DNA of 64,000 nucleotides from Eledone cirrhosa (Eukaryota): NCBI GenBank assembly GCA_964016885.1, contig OZ024760.1, positions 32,860,001 to 32,924,000 of the forward strand, read 5' to 3'. Shown piece by piece: positions 1 to 12,697 of this stretch (position 1 is its first letter; each line of letters starts with the position of its first letter). The notes under the pieces were generated by a model. It saw only the letters and a program-made list of their open reading frames with translations, ran no database searches and was not told where the DNA came from. The position numbers and the translations under genes were made by a program.

Positions 1-99
1 AACATTACATGAAATAGAATTTACCAGATTTAAATCAAAACAATATTTATTATTTTGATCAGGGCTGGTTGATATTTTTCTCATCTACTTCACATTTTA

Positions 100-338
100 T
101 TTATCAATCTATCTGTCTGCCTGTCTATCAATTTATCTATCTATCAATCTATCTATCTACCTATCTATCTACCTACCAATCTATCTACCTACCTACCAAT
201 CTATCTACCTACTTACCAATCTATCTACCTACCTACCAATCTATCTATCTATCAATTTATCTATCTACCTACCAATCTATCAATTTATCTATCTATCAAT
301 CTATCTACCTACCTACCTACCAATCTATCTATCTATCT
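100..338 (+). repeat. (TATC/TACC)n tetranucleotide microsatellite
   Basis: Degenerate atct/acct units; the same repeat resumes after the LINE at 5502-5665. Confidence 0.9.
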
Positions 339-3300
339 AACAAAAGTCCAAATATTTGGAAGAAGCTTCCAACTATGTGACATTTGAGGGAGACACCCCA
401 CACATACACATACCCCCACAAGTAAGAGAAATGACAAAAAAAAAGCTAATTTATAGAACAGTTGACATCACTACCAAAAAACCCATAACGCTCCCAACAA
501 GCACTATCGAAGCTGCACTAAAAGACATTAAGCCAGACGTGACATACCTCCAAAGAGGTAAACAGTATGGAAGTGTGTCAGTGCTCTTTAAGAGCGAAAC
601 TCTGGCACAAAAAACACTCGGTTCACCCAATAAAAACGGATCAACACATCTTCTTCCCCACATACATGGGAAGAAGATCCTACAAAATAAAAATAACCAG
701 GATCCCAGCAGAAGTCAACATATGGTGGATCCTATGCTGCATCCTGAAGAAGGATGAGGACACCCTCCTATCTGTAGACAGGACAGACCAGCATAACTGG
801 TTTGGAACATGCATTGAGGTTCTGGTACAAATGAGGCCAGAGAGAGTTGAGAAAATACCGGACAGGATCGTCCTTGAGGAAGATGTCATCTCCATTTTAG
901 TGGAGGGGAAAAGACCTCAGTGCCATAAGTGTGGGAAAACCACACACTTAAAGGCCTTTTGCCCTCTCTTAAACAAACCGAGGACAAACAAGGTGTTATT
1001 ACCAACACCAAAACCCCAACATCAACACCCCAAACCAAACACAACACAAACACCTGCAACATCTACTCCCACACCACCACAGACCAGAGACAACCACACA
1101 CACAAACTCCTACTGAAAAACCCTCCAAAAAACCCCCTATCAAATACTTCCACAAACACCTGCACAAACACTCCACCACACAACATACCCCTCCCATCTA
1201 CCCCTGATTCAGAAGTCTCAGATATGGGAACCTCTACATCTCCAAGTGAGAATGAAGAGGAACCCCAAAAATCCAAAAAAACAAAAAAGACACAAAAAGA
1301 CATCTACAGAAAACACGCACACACCCAACCCCACCATAAACACACCGCCACAAACGACAAACACACCAACAACACAATCACAACCAACACAACCAAACAC
1401 TTCACCAACAAAACAAACACCCACACCACCACAATCACAAACCCCAACCACAAAAAGAAAACTACAAACAGAAACAGTACACATAAAAAACAAAACACAC
1501 TACACATACATAAAAACAAGAAACAAAGAACTGGTGGAAATTGTCCGAAAGGACCCCACAATACAAACGGAAGGGAAAACCTCCCCCACCAACGACCCAC
1601 CCCCAAACCTCAAACTTATCAGGGTAACAACCCTACAGTATGAAACTTTAAAAGAGAACTTCCCACATGATGTGGGCCCCCCTTTCCAAAAGCCCCTTAA
1701 CCGTGTCCTGCTAAAAGGATTCCCTCCCTCCCCAAACACCACCAATCTGGACATGGAGATCGAACAACCCGACCTCCAGGAAACGAAAAGGTAAGTGTTC
1801 CTGCCTTTTCTATCCTTAACTCTTCTTCACCAACATGGCGACTATACAAGCTGGATATTTGAATGTACGTGGCCTGGGCATGTCCTGGAAACAGGGCCAG
1901 CTTTTAAATGATCTCAGGTCACATTGTATAGATATGATAGCCATCACCGAGTCCAGGATTCACGACAAGCAGCAGCTAACCCCCATGTTCGATAATTTTG
2001 ATATCTACGCATCTCTCTGTCAGCCAGGAGGTGGAGGGGGAGTTGCTGTTCTGTTTCGAAAAAACTTGGATCTCAAAATACAGACAATTCACTTGGACCC
2101 GGAGGGCAGCCTGGTGGTCATGGACGTGAATGGTAGTGAAGGTGGAGCTTTCAGAATGGTGGCCGTATATGCCCCGACTGGGACATCGCGACCAGAGTTC
2201 TTCAAGCGTCTGGAGCCATTCCTGAGAACGTCTCACTCCTTAGTGTTAGCGGGGGACTGGAATGGCATCTTAGGCGCACGTTGGGATTATGTAGGAGCTT
2301 GTGATAATAGAGGGGGGTGTAATAGCCTCAAAAGGCTCATCAGCCAATTCCAACTGGCTGATAGATATTGACTAGACTTCCAAAGTGCACCACTGTGGAC
2401 GTGGAGCAGCTGGGTCTTCTAGATCGTATTTAGATAGATTTTTAATTAGACAGAATGATAAGGAAACATTAAGCTGTCCATAAATGCACATGGTTGCCTA
2501 TTCAGACCACAAATTAGTCACCTGCGTAGTCAACCTTGATAGAACACATAGACAGGGACCCGGATATTGGAAGCTAAACATGTCGCTCCCGGCGCGTAAG
2601 GCCTACAGTAAACGGATTAGCACCTTAGTTAAGTGCCAGTTGAGGGGGGCGATCGTCAACAACAGGTGGTGGAGCTCTCTCAAGAGAGCAATTAGAATAG
2701 AATCGATAGCATTTAGCAAGGAAGTAGCTTTAGAAAAAAACAAAACTGAAAATGAACTGGTAGCTAAAATAGAAGAGGCACTTAGGAATGGCAGTACAGC
2801 TGACGTGCTAGCGGCGAGAATGGCACTAGACCAGTACTTCAACGTGAAACACGAAGGTTGTATTGTCAGAAGTAGAACACGTGCTCTAAGAAACGAGGGG
2901 GCCAAAGCTGTTAGCTGGGCCCGAGTGGCAGAGGCGAAAAGTGGCAACAAATCCACAATTCGGTCTTTGCAAGACAAAGATGGACGCATTATACTTGAAT
3001 CCAAGCAGATGTGCGCGGCCTTCCAGCAGCATTTTGCACAACTGTTTGGGCAAAGCGGTACATCGAGTGAGGTGATGGACTTCAGCACCTACCTCGACGG
3101 TGTACCGCGACTCTCGAGAACGGATGCGGAGAGCTGTGAAAGGCCGATCACAGTGGGCGAAATAGAAGATGCCCTAGGCCGCTGAAGGAAACGCAAATCA
3201 CCCGGTTTAGATGGTCTACACTATGAGTTTTACATAGGCATGCCAGACTTGTTCTCTGGCGTCCTCGAAGCATTCTACTGCAACTGGCAGCAGAACGGGA

Positions 3301-5501
3301 GGATTCCCAGTTCTGTAGGCAGAGGCGTAGTAACGCTGATCAGGAAAGATGAGAACAAGGGGGATGAGATAATCAATTTCAGGCCCATAACTCTGCTCAA
3401 CACAGCGTTAAAGATTTTGGCCAAGGTGTTAGCAGCAAGGCTGGCGCTTGTCGTCGAGAACCTGGTAGGGGAAGCCCAAACGTGTGCAATCCCGACCAGG
3501 TCCATACACGACAACCTCCACCTCATGCGATACATCATAGAGAGGGTGGGGTGTAAACCTGGCTTTGGTGGGGCTCTGATCAATTTAGATCAGTCTAAGG
3601 CATTTGATATGGTCGACCATCAACACTTGGAAGCAGTTCTCAAGGCGGCCAGCTTCGGTCCCGTCTTCAGAGGCTGGATCACTGCCATGCACACCAGCAT
3701 CTGCTCGGCAGTCAAGGTGAATGACTACCTATCAGAGCCATTCCAAATCATGCGTTCCATCCGTCAGGGATGCCCTCTCTCCTCCATGTACTGACTCTCG
3801 AGCCGTTACTGCGGAAGTTGGAGCTGTTGCAGGGCATCCCGATTGAAGCAGGACTGCAGAAAGCAGCGTCAGCCTATGCCGACGACATAACCTTAACGGT
3901 GTCGAAAACCTCGGAAATCAGGGTAATCGGCAACCTATTACAGGAATACGAAACGTTTACAGGAGCAAGACTAAACCCAAACAAGTCTGTCGGTTTGCAA
4001 CTCGGCACATGGAGAGGCAAACCCATGCCTTCCGACAGTGTCGTTGGACGCTGGATGGAAGGACCGGTGAAATTGCTCGGGGTTTGGTTTGGTCCAGACC
4101 TCCAGGTGGACAAGAATTGGAACGAGGTCACGGCGAAGGTGTTTGCACTCACCCAGAAGTGGGCTGAGTGCAAACTCTCCTTGAAAGGTCTAGCGGAGGT
4201 GGCGAACACTTACATAGCGTTCGTCATCTACTACCGCTTGACAGTCGTGCCTTGCCCCCGCGAATACCTTACCAAAATGGAACGCCTACTCTTCAAGTTC
4301 CTCTGGAAGAAACAGGCTCCATTAGTGAGGAGATCCATCTGCTGTCAACACCCTTCTAACGGAGGGCTGGGCATGCCGTGGCTGATGATGCGTAAACATG
4401 CACTGAGGCTACGCCATCTCTAGGTATTCCTGACCAGTGAACCGGTGTGGCTGTCGTTTGTGAGACAAGCTCTTCCATAACTCATCTCACTAACAGAGCT
4501 GCAGTCCTGGGTCAAGCGAAGACTGAAAATGGGTGCCTGGCACTTCGAGTGCTTACAGCCCTCTACCAAGCGGAAACGGCAATCAGCGGAGACTCCACTT
4601 CGACATTCTATAGGGGATTAGTGGAGGATAAGTGCGACGACGTTCTTGGGGAAACTCTAGGCATCGAGGAGGACCAACTGACCAGTCTGTTCGGGAGGAC
4701 TTTCCGTCCAGAGCCTAAGAATAACTTCCAGAGGTCTCTTTCCTGGCAGTGCTACCGAGGAGCTCTACCAGTTCGAGACAAAATCTACAGGCACGGACGC
4801 CCTGGCAGAGATCCTGCCAAAAGGACCTGTCCAAGATGCGAGCAGGACATCGAAACCGTTCTGCACGCAATTGTTTTGTTCAGTGCCCAAGGGTGACCGA
4901 CCTGTGGAATTATGTCGAACAGCTGCTGTCACGTGTGGGACGCATCTGGTTGTCAGCCGAGTCCATCGTGAGGATCACCCCGCTGCCTTCATTTAAGAAT
5001 GAAGGAGAGGCGGTTTTCCTCTGTCTGGTGGCTATGGCGAAAGAGGTAATATGGTGGACGAGGTTAAAAGGACTGAGGGCAAACACCTTTCTCTCCGGAC
5101 AACAACTTATGCCCTTCTTTAAGTATCACTTCAGAAGGAATGTGAGAGTGGAGAGAGAGGTGCTACACCCCAGTAAATTCGCTGAACGGTGGGTGAATGT
5201 GGCGAAAATGGCCCGAGTGAATGGGCCTTCTCTGTATATAAACCTGTAGGTTGAGGAAGATAAACAGAGGGAAGACAGGAACACCTACAAAACGTGTTCC
5301 TGGTGTTGAGGGTTGTTCTATCCACGGTGTGTAAAACAACCCTGCAGTAACGTTCCCCCCTACTGGGGATTTCAATTGTTATTTTATTATATATAGTTTA
5401 TTGTTATTTGTTAATGTTAAAGTTTATACAATTTTTATGTAAAACTCTGTCACGTCTTGTAATGTCCCATTTCTTGTACACCCTTGTGGCAAATAAAGAA
5501 A
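339..5501 (+). mobile_element. Tx1/L1-clade non-LTR retrotransposon, near full length, decayed
   Basis: ORF1 is frameshifted (356-757, 567-1643, 1246-1794) and has a CCHC knuckle, CHKCGKTTHLKAFC. ORF2 (1835-5249) is broken by stops and frameshifts. It has AP endonuclease motifs (LNVRGL, ITES, VYAP, LAGDWN, YSDHK, GPGYWKLN), RT motifs (FRPITLLN, LDQSKAFD, IRQGCPLS, AYADD) and a C-terminal CPRC...HA...C finger. It ends AATAAAGAAA. Confidence 0.93.
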
Positions 5502-5540
5502 CATATCTATCTACCAACTTATTTATCTATCTATCTACAC

Positions 5541-5614
5541 ATGTTTTTATTGTATGTAAACTTCCCCCTTTGTATTTGTCCCCTTCTTTTGTGCCTCTGT
5601 GGCTAATAAAGAAA
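5541..5614 (+). mobile_element. second, 5'-truncated 3' end of a related Tx1 element
   Basis: tgtcccc...tgtggctAATAAAGAAAcatatctatctacc parallels 5463-5515. Confidence 0.7.
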
Positions 5615-5779
5615 CATATCTATCTACCCACATACCTATCTATCTATCTCTCTGTCTATATCTCTATTTAATTATTAGTTAATAAATAAATAAATTAATT
5701 AATTAATTTAATCATTTATTTCAAAAGAAACATTTCCAATTATGGTGGACGAGGGGATTAGGAGGCACCCTGATAAAAA

Positions 5780-6012
5780 TACTTTATGTTATGAAGGAAT
5801 CAGTAGAGTATCGGGGACAAATTGTTTTGTAGCCTCCAGACCCCAGCTTTTTAACATTCTGAGTTCAATTCCCCTATCTGAGGTTAACTTTACCTTTCAT
5901 TCTACCCAGGGGTACGTTGAATGAAGTTAAAATAAAGTACTAAAAATACCAGTAAACTACTGGATCGATTTTAGCGAACACCCTCTCCCCTCATCCCATA
6001 TTGCTGGTCCTT
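5780..6012 (+). mobile_element. SINE family B, diverged copy
   Basis: Shares ttctgagttcaa, aactttacctttcat and ataaagtac blocks with the copies at 9765 and 13957. Confidence 0.6.
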
Positions 6013-6114
6013 AATTATTTTCACATCCTCAGCAGGGTTGGATTAAATACTTTTGGGGGTCTAAACACTTAAAATATATTTAATTTGAATAAAATTGTGT
6101 CCCTTCTCTACATC

Positions 6115-6768
6115 AACCATCACTACTACCACCACTACTACCACCAACACCATCACTACAACCACCAACACCATCACCACCACCACCATCACCACCACTA
6201 CAACTACCACCACCATCACAACATCAACTACCACCACCACCACCACCATCACTACCACCACCATCACCACAAATTAACTACCACCACCACATCAACTACC
6301 CCCCCCCCCCCTACCACTACCACCACCACCACGGTGGTGGTGGTAGTGATAGTGGTGGTGATGGTGATGATAGTGGTGGTGATGGTGGTGGTGGTGGTGA
6401 TGGTGGTGATAGTGGTGGTGGTGGTGGTGGTGGTGGTGATAGTGGTAGTGATAGTGGTGGTGGTGGTGATGATGGTGGTGGTGGTGGTGATGGTGGTGGT
6501 GGTGGTGATAGTGGTGGTGGTGGTGGTGGTGGTGATAGTGGTAGTGATAGTGGTGGTGATGGTGGTGGTGGTGGTGATGGTGGTGGTGGTGGTGATAGTG
6601 GTGGTGGTGGTGGTGATAGTGGTAGTGATAGTGGTAGTGATAGTGGTGGTGGTGGTGATGGTGGTGGTGGTGGTGATGGTGGTGGTGGTGGTGATAGTGG
6701 TGGTGGTGGTGGTGGTGGTGGTGGTGATAGTGGTAGTGATAGTGGTGGTGGTGGTGGTGGTGGTGATG
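6115..6768. repeat. (CAC)n tract joined directly to a (GTG)n tract
   Basis: Strand switch at ~6330; explains the spurious poly-H/V/T/P ORFs. Confidence 0.9.
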
Positions 6769-6884
6769 CTATAACTACGTTACAACACCATCTGAAAGAC
6801 AACATAACACCATTCATAAACATAAGTGTGGGAACATATGTAACACCTCCTCCCTACCCCTCTACATGTAAGTACGTGTTCAGC

Positions 6885-6931
6885 TATATATATACATATA
6901 TATAGCTGGTAAAAGCGGATGTAAAATTATG

Positions 6932-6994
<63 letters not shown>

Positions 6995-7022
6995 CATACA
7001 TATATATATATACACACACATA

Positions 7023-7072
<50 letters not shown>

Positions 7073-7125
7073 CACATATATACATATATATACACATACA
7101 TATATATATATATACACATACACAC

Positions 7126-7224
<99 letters not shown>

Positions 7225-8335
7225 AACAAGTATATATGGATGTATGTGTGTAAATATAGACATATACAAACACACATTCACATAACTGTATGATGTCTAC
7301 ATATATATAAATAAATATATACACACACGCAAATATTTATGCACATATACACATGTTTGTGTCCATGAGTGTGAGTGAGCATGTATATGTATGTGTATAT
7401 ATATATATACACACATACATACACACACATACATACATATATGTATGTGTGTGTGTATGTGCGTATGTGTGTATATATGAGTGTGTATATATATCTGTGT
7501 GTATGTACATGTGTGTGTATATATGTGTGCATATGTGTGTATGTGTGTGTATGTACATATGTGTGTATATATGTGTATGTATGTGTGTGTATGTACATAT
7601 GTGTGTATATATGTGTTTGTATATATATATATGTGTGTATGTATGTGTGTATATATGTGTGTGTGTGTATACATATATATGTGTGTATATATATATGTGT
7701 ATATGTGTGTGTATATATATGTGTGTATATATGTGTGTATGTATGTGTGTATATATATATATATGTGTGTATGTGTGTGTATATATATATATATATATGT
7801 GTGTGTATGTATGTGTGTATATATATGTGTGTGTATGTGTATATATATATATATATGTGTGTATATATATATGTGTGTGTATATATATGTGTGTGTATAT
7901 ATATATATGTGTATATATATATATATGTATATATGCACTCTACAGACAAGCAATCATCTACTTGGAATTTGCAGTGTTTTGTAACAATGAAAGTTGGCTG
8001 TGAGATTCTTCTGGGGTGGTGTCGGGTGGGTACATGAGGGTGGTGGTGGTGGGAATATATCGGGTGGGCGGTTTAGAGTTGTGTCTTAGTGGAGGGAGGG
8101 AGATGAATTTCGGTGATGGAGTAGGTTAGGTGGGTTTTGTTTTCAAGAGTTTGTGTGTATATGTGTGTGTATGTCTATAAATAGATAGATATATTTGTGT
8201 ATATGTGGTGTGTGTATATATATACATATGTATATATATATATATGTATATGTATATATATATACATATATATTTGTGTTATGTGTGGAGTGGTGTGTGT
8301 ATATGTATGTATATATATATATATGTGTATGTATG

Positions 8336-8411
<76 letters not shown>

Positions 8412-8480
8412 TATTTGTGTATGTGTGGAGTGGTGTGTGTATAAATCTATATGGGGGTGTATATATATATATATATAAGG
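6885..8480. repeat. (TA)n/(CA)n/(TG)n compound microsatellites
   Basis: Directly visible; source of the YI/CV-rich ORFs. Confidence 0.9.
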
Positions 8481-9292
8481 AGAGACAATGTTTGCCAACA
8501 TAGACTAGATTCTTCTGTTGGGAAGTTGATCTCTGAGTAAAGTTCTGAGTTTGTGTGAGGAATTTTGTGAAACTTTGTGAAACGGTCATAACTGACAACA
8601 ACATTACCAACACCACCACCAACAACAACAAAGGGAAGTCTCCTGTGTTTTTCTCCCAGAAATACGAGTTTGTTGTCATTTTTAAACAAGTTATTCTTTC
8701 ACATCACATCCTAACAAAAAAAAATAACAAAACCAACCCCAAAAAACAAAACTCAAACCCAACAAACTCCGCCACAAAACACCCCCAAAACAAAACTCAA
8801 CCCCACCACAAAACCCACATTTCCATAGTGTTATAAAGTATATAGCGTATCTCTCATCTATACTATATCCTACACACTATACTATACCATACTACTATAA
8901 TATAATATAGTATATATATATATATACAGTATATAAAAAGTATATATACACAGCTCATCTAAAACTTTGAACATCAACTTTGTTACATCTAATACAGTAT
9001 ATATAATATACAACATATACATAATATACAACATAATATACAGTATATATAATATACAACATAAACATAATATACAGTATATATAACAACTTTATATACA
9101 CAGCTCACCTGAAACTCTGAGCCCCAACTCTAGTAATATAATATAGTATATATATACACAACCTATATATATACAACCTATATATATATATATACACAAC
9201 CTATATATATATATACAACCTATATATATACACAACCTATACACAGCTGACCTAAACACTGACCTCTCTGTTACATCCAAACACGTCCAGCC

Positions 9293-9406
9293 ATGATCAA
9301 CCAATATCTTCTGTTATCAATAATAATCTCCGTTGTCCAGCCACTCATTGCTAGGCAACAGATTCGAGTTCCCTACAGGTACTCTAATCTGATGAATGTC
9401 GTACTT
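9293..9406 (+). CDS. Argos/giant-lens (scoloptoxin-11-like) secreted cysteine-rich protein, exon 1 of 3
   Basis: ATG at 9293; MINQYLLLSIIISVVQPLIA resembles a signal peptide, followed by RQQIRVPYRYSNLMNVVL. Phase-0 donor GTGAGT at 9407. Confidence 0.8.
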
Positions 9407-9413
9407 GTGAGTA

Positions 9414-9668
9414 TTACTACATCTTACTTTGTTATATTTTACCTTGTTACATCTCACCTTGTTACATCTTACCTTGTTGTTACATCTCACCTTGTTACAT
9501 CTTACCTTGTTGTTACATCTCACCTTGTTACATCTTACCTTGTTGTTACATCTCACCTTGTTACATCTCACCTTGTTACATCTTACCTTGTTGTTACATC
9601 TCACCTTGTTACATCTCACCTTGTTACATCTCACCTTGTTACATCTTACCTTGTTACATCTTACCTTG
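9414..9668 (+). repeat. 15/18-bp minisatellite (gttacatctcacctt)n in intron 1
   Basis: Directly visible tandem units. Confidence 0.9.
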
Positions 9669-9764
9669 TTGTTGTTGTTCTCCCTGCCCCCCCACATTAT
9701 TATCATTGTTGTTGTTATTATTAAGAATTTGTTGGTCTTGTACCTAAATCAGAAACTATTATTA

Positions 9765-9990
9765 TGAAGAATCGGTAGAGTGTCGGACATCATGCTTTGC
9801 GGCATAGAGTTACGACCTTTTACGTTCTGAGTTCGAATCCTGCCGAGGTCAACTTTGCCTTTCATCCTTACGGGATGGAGGATGGGGGTATCATTGATAA
9901 AATAAAGTACCAGTAATACACTGGGGTTGATTTAATCGACCTCCCTCCTCTAAAATAGCTGGACTTGTGCCTAAATCAAGAAACTGTTAT
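9765..9990 (+). mobile_element. SINE family B (tRNA-like head); a partial copy follows at ~10000-10110
   Basis: gaatcggtagag...GAGTTCGAATCC (B-box-like) gccgaggtcaactttgcctttcatcc...ataaagtaccagtaatacactgggg; multiple copies in the window. Confidence 0.75.
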
Positions 9991-10359
9991 TATTATCATC
10001 AAGAATCGGTAGAGCGTTGTGTAACATCCTTTGTTCCTCTTGTTTATGTACTGACTTCAAATCCCACTGCGGTCAATTTTGCTTTTCGTACTTCTGGGGT
10101 CGACAAAAGTTGGGCACAAATTAAGGACCCCAAATTAAGGTTTACATCGATTAAAAAGGTTTGAAATCAACAATAAAAACACATAAATAAAAATAAATGT
10201 AAAAATAAATTTCCCAAAAGAAAAATTTACCAGTAGAAGGGAAGACCCCTAGGATAATTGAGGGCTAAAACCCCACATAAAACTCCAGATTATATCTATC
10301 ACATGACACCTTATATGGGCCTTCTACTTTCTTTTCCTTTCATCATTGAAAAGTATAAT

Positions 10360-10610
10360 GAAGGTAGGGTCTGGCCAGCCCTATCAATTAAAGTAGAGGG
10401 ATCAGCCAGCCTCGGCTATCAAAGTAGGCCCAGTTAGCCCCATCAAACAAGGTAGGACTCAGCCAGCCCTATCATTCAAGATAGGGCCCACCCAGCCGCA
10501 TTAATCAGAGTAGGGCTCAGCCAGCTCCATTAATTAAGGTAGGGCCCACCCAGCCCCATTAATTAAGGTAGGGCTCACCCAGCCCCATTAATTAAGGTAG
10601 GGCTCAGTCA
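10360..10610 (+). repeat. ~30-bp minisatellite (attaattaaggtagggctcacccagcccc), about 8 diverging copies
   Basis: Tandem units in intron 1. Confidence 0.75.
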
Positions 10611-10794
10611 ACAGAAGGATTTTAAAAAATAGTAATAATTATGAAAACAACAATGATGATGACGACAATTATGATGATGATGATGATGATGGTGAGGTTG
10701 ATGATGATGATGATGGTGAGGTTGATAGTAACCCTCTTTTCATTTAAATTTTTTAATCTAATTTAATTTAATTTTGTTTGTTTGATATGCGCAG

Positions 10795-11178
10795 CCTGAG
10801 AGGTACATCCCAGTGTGTCCAACAATTGACCATGTGTGTGGCCGTATTTGGAAGAAAGGGATCTACGTACAACACATCTGTTCATGTCCAGGCAAAGTTC
10901 AGTGTCCCATGAAATGGGACAACAGCGCGACCGGACGATCTTTCCAAGTGAAGAAGTTTATCCAAGATAAATACTGCGGCCCTGCCAAAGTGGAGAGAGT
11001 GTGCACACCTAAAGAGATCTCCTTCAGCGTGGTGTCAGCTATCAAACCTCAGAGGGAGGTTTACAGACAGGGTGTCGTCTGTTTATGCAAGTCTCTTTTT
11101 GGGGTCCACCAAAATGCCATCTATGAACTCAAAGACAGAAACGATTTGAAATATGTACACGTCTTCTCTTGCGGTAAA
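10795..11178 (+). CDS. Argos/giant-lens-like secreted protein, exon 2 of 3
   Basis: Acceptor gcag at 10791-10794 after a T-rich tract; 128 codons, PERYIPVCPTIDHVC...HICSCPGKVQCP...KYCGP...VCLC...FSCGK. Donor GTGAGT at 11179, phase 0. Confidence 0.88.
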
Positions 11179-11229
11179 GTGAGTATTCTTCTATTTTTTT
11201 CTATTTTTGTGTTTGTGCTGTTTTACAAT

Positions 11230-11510
11230 GTAGTCACCTACATCCAGATAACTCATTCTTCTATTTTGGGTGTTTTATATGGTCTTACAACATGACCTAA
11301 CTACAAGACATATCAACAGTGTTGTATTCTACTGTAACTGGGTATTTTGTGTGGTCTTACCACATAGTCACCTTCATCCAGGTGACCTAACTACAAGACA
11401 TATCAACAATGTGTATGCTGCAGTCACTGGATATTTCAGGTCTTACAGCATAGTCACCTTCACCCAGGTGACCCAACTACAGGGCATATCAACAATGTTG
11501 TATTCTACTG
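11230..11510 (+). repeat. ~80-90-bp degenerate tandem repeat (tagtcaccttcatccaggtgacctaactacaagacatatcaac)
   Basis: 3-4 diverged units. Confidence 0.65.
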
Positions 11511-11614
11511 TCATATATATGTATATAGTGTATATATTGCAAGCAGGGAAAAACGGACGTAAAATGAATGATGATGGTATGCATAAACAAATATATTGGT
11601 ATATATATATGTAT

Positions 11615-11830
11615 CATCATCATCATCATCATCTTCGTTTAACGTCCATATTCCACGCTCGCATGGGTTTGGATGGGAGTTTTCCTACTTGAGGCAAGAG
11701 TGGTTGTCTTGCTCGCATAGGACAGTCTGGCAGGTTTTCTACAGCTGGATGCCCTTCCTAACACCAACCACATTTACAGTGTGGAACTGGGAGGTTTTTA
11801 CCGTGTTACCTACACGGCCACATTACAGCG
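11615..11830 (-). mobile_element. RTE-related non-autonomous/SINE 3' fragment
   Basis: (CAT)n tail, aacgtcc, and ctacagctggatgcccttcctaacacca shared with SINE A and the RTE 5' UTR. Confidence 0.7.
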
Positions 11831-12005
11831 TGGACTGTGTGTTTTTTTGTCGTGACACCTACACGACCTCATTTGTTTCGGGCTGGATGTTGTGATACCA
11901 ACATAACTTTACATTGAAAGGGGTGGTGTGGATGGGGTGGGGGTAGTGGGACGGGGTGTATTTTGTTAGAGGTGCCTACTGACTGTAGTAGGTTTCACTT
12001 TGCAC

Positions 12006-12458
12006 TTAGGTAAGGCGGGTCTTCTCTATTACTGCGTAGCGCCAAAGATCTCGGTCCAGTGACATTGTCTTGGAGAGGTGTAAGTGTGTGAGGTCGGAAT
12101 TTATCAAGTCGTCCCAGGTTTTTCTGGGTCTGCCTACTCCGTGGCTACCGTCTATTTTTATTGCCCTGCACTTTTTTATACAGCTGTTGTCTTTCATGCG
12201 CATCACGTGACCACACCAACGTAGCCTTCTCTCGAGTAAACAACATCTGATCCCTCTTATTCCTAATTTCTCCCTTAGTTCGTTTATGCTTTGCCGTTCA
12301 CGTAAATTACTATTACACATCCAGTGGAGCATGCAAGCTTCGTTCCTCTCCAGTCTGTGTATATCCTCTGCACACAATGCCCAGGTCTCACTGCCATGTA
12401 ACATTGCTGTTCAAATGCAGGCATCATACAGCCTGCCTTTCATTTTTAGAGAGAACCC
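12006..12458 (-). mobile_element. RTE LINE C-terminal fragment, diverged subfamily
   Basis: MLHGSETW...ERNE...RRLRWCGHVMRM...GRPRKTW aligns with the C-terminus of the ORF at 39108-42176. Confidence 0.88.
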
Positions 12459-12680
12459 TTGTAAAAGGTAAACAAATAACAAAACAAACAGTACAGTATA
12501 TGGAAGAAATATATTAGTTTAACACTTGAAATAGCAGGAAGAGGGTCTTAACGTTTCAGACGCTAGTCCTTCATCAGAAGAAAGAATGAAACATTACAAA
12601 GATTGAGGAGGTGGGCTGGGTGGAATGGGAAAAAAACTTTTTATAAAAATAACAAGTCCATTCATGTTGCCATCTTTTCC
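12459..12680 (-). mobile_element. ~250-bp hammerhead-bearing repeat (HHR family 3), copy 1
   Basis: Reverse complement of 19700-19932; hammerhead core at 12546-12581. Confidence 0.75.
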
Positions 12681-12697
12681 TACAACTCTCATTCCAG

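Noticed and set aside
6880-8503. Many YI/CV/HT-rich ORFs (also 44752-45374)
   Set aside because: Translations of dinucleotide microsatellites.
7960-8830. Possible minus-strand LINE ORF1 remnants between microsatellites
   Set aside because: Only compositional resemblance to the Tx1 ORF1 tail; no diagnostic motif.
9371-9385. Donor site CAG|GTACT at 9379 for exon 1
   Set aside because: It is phase 2 and incompatible with the exon 2 frame; the phase-0 GTGAGT donor at 9407 fits.
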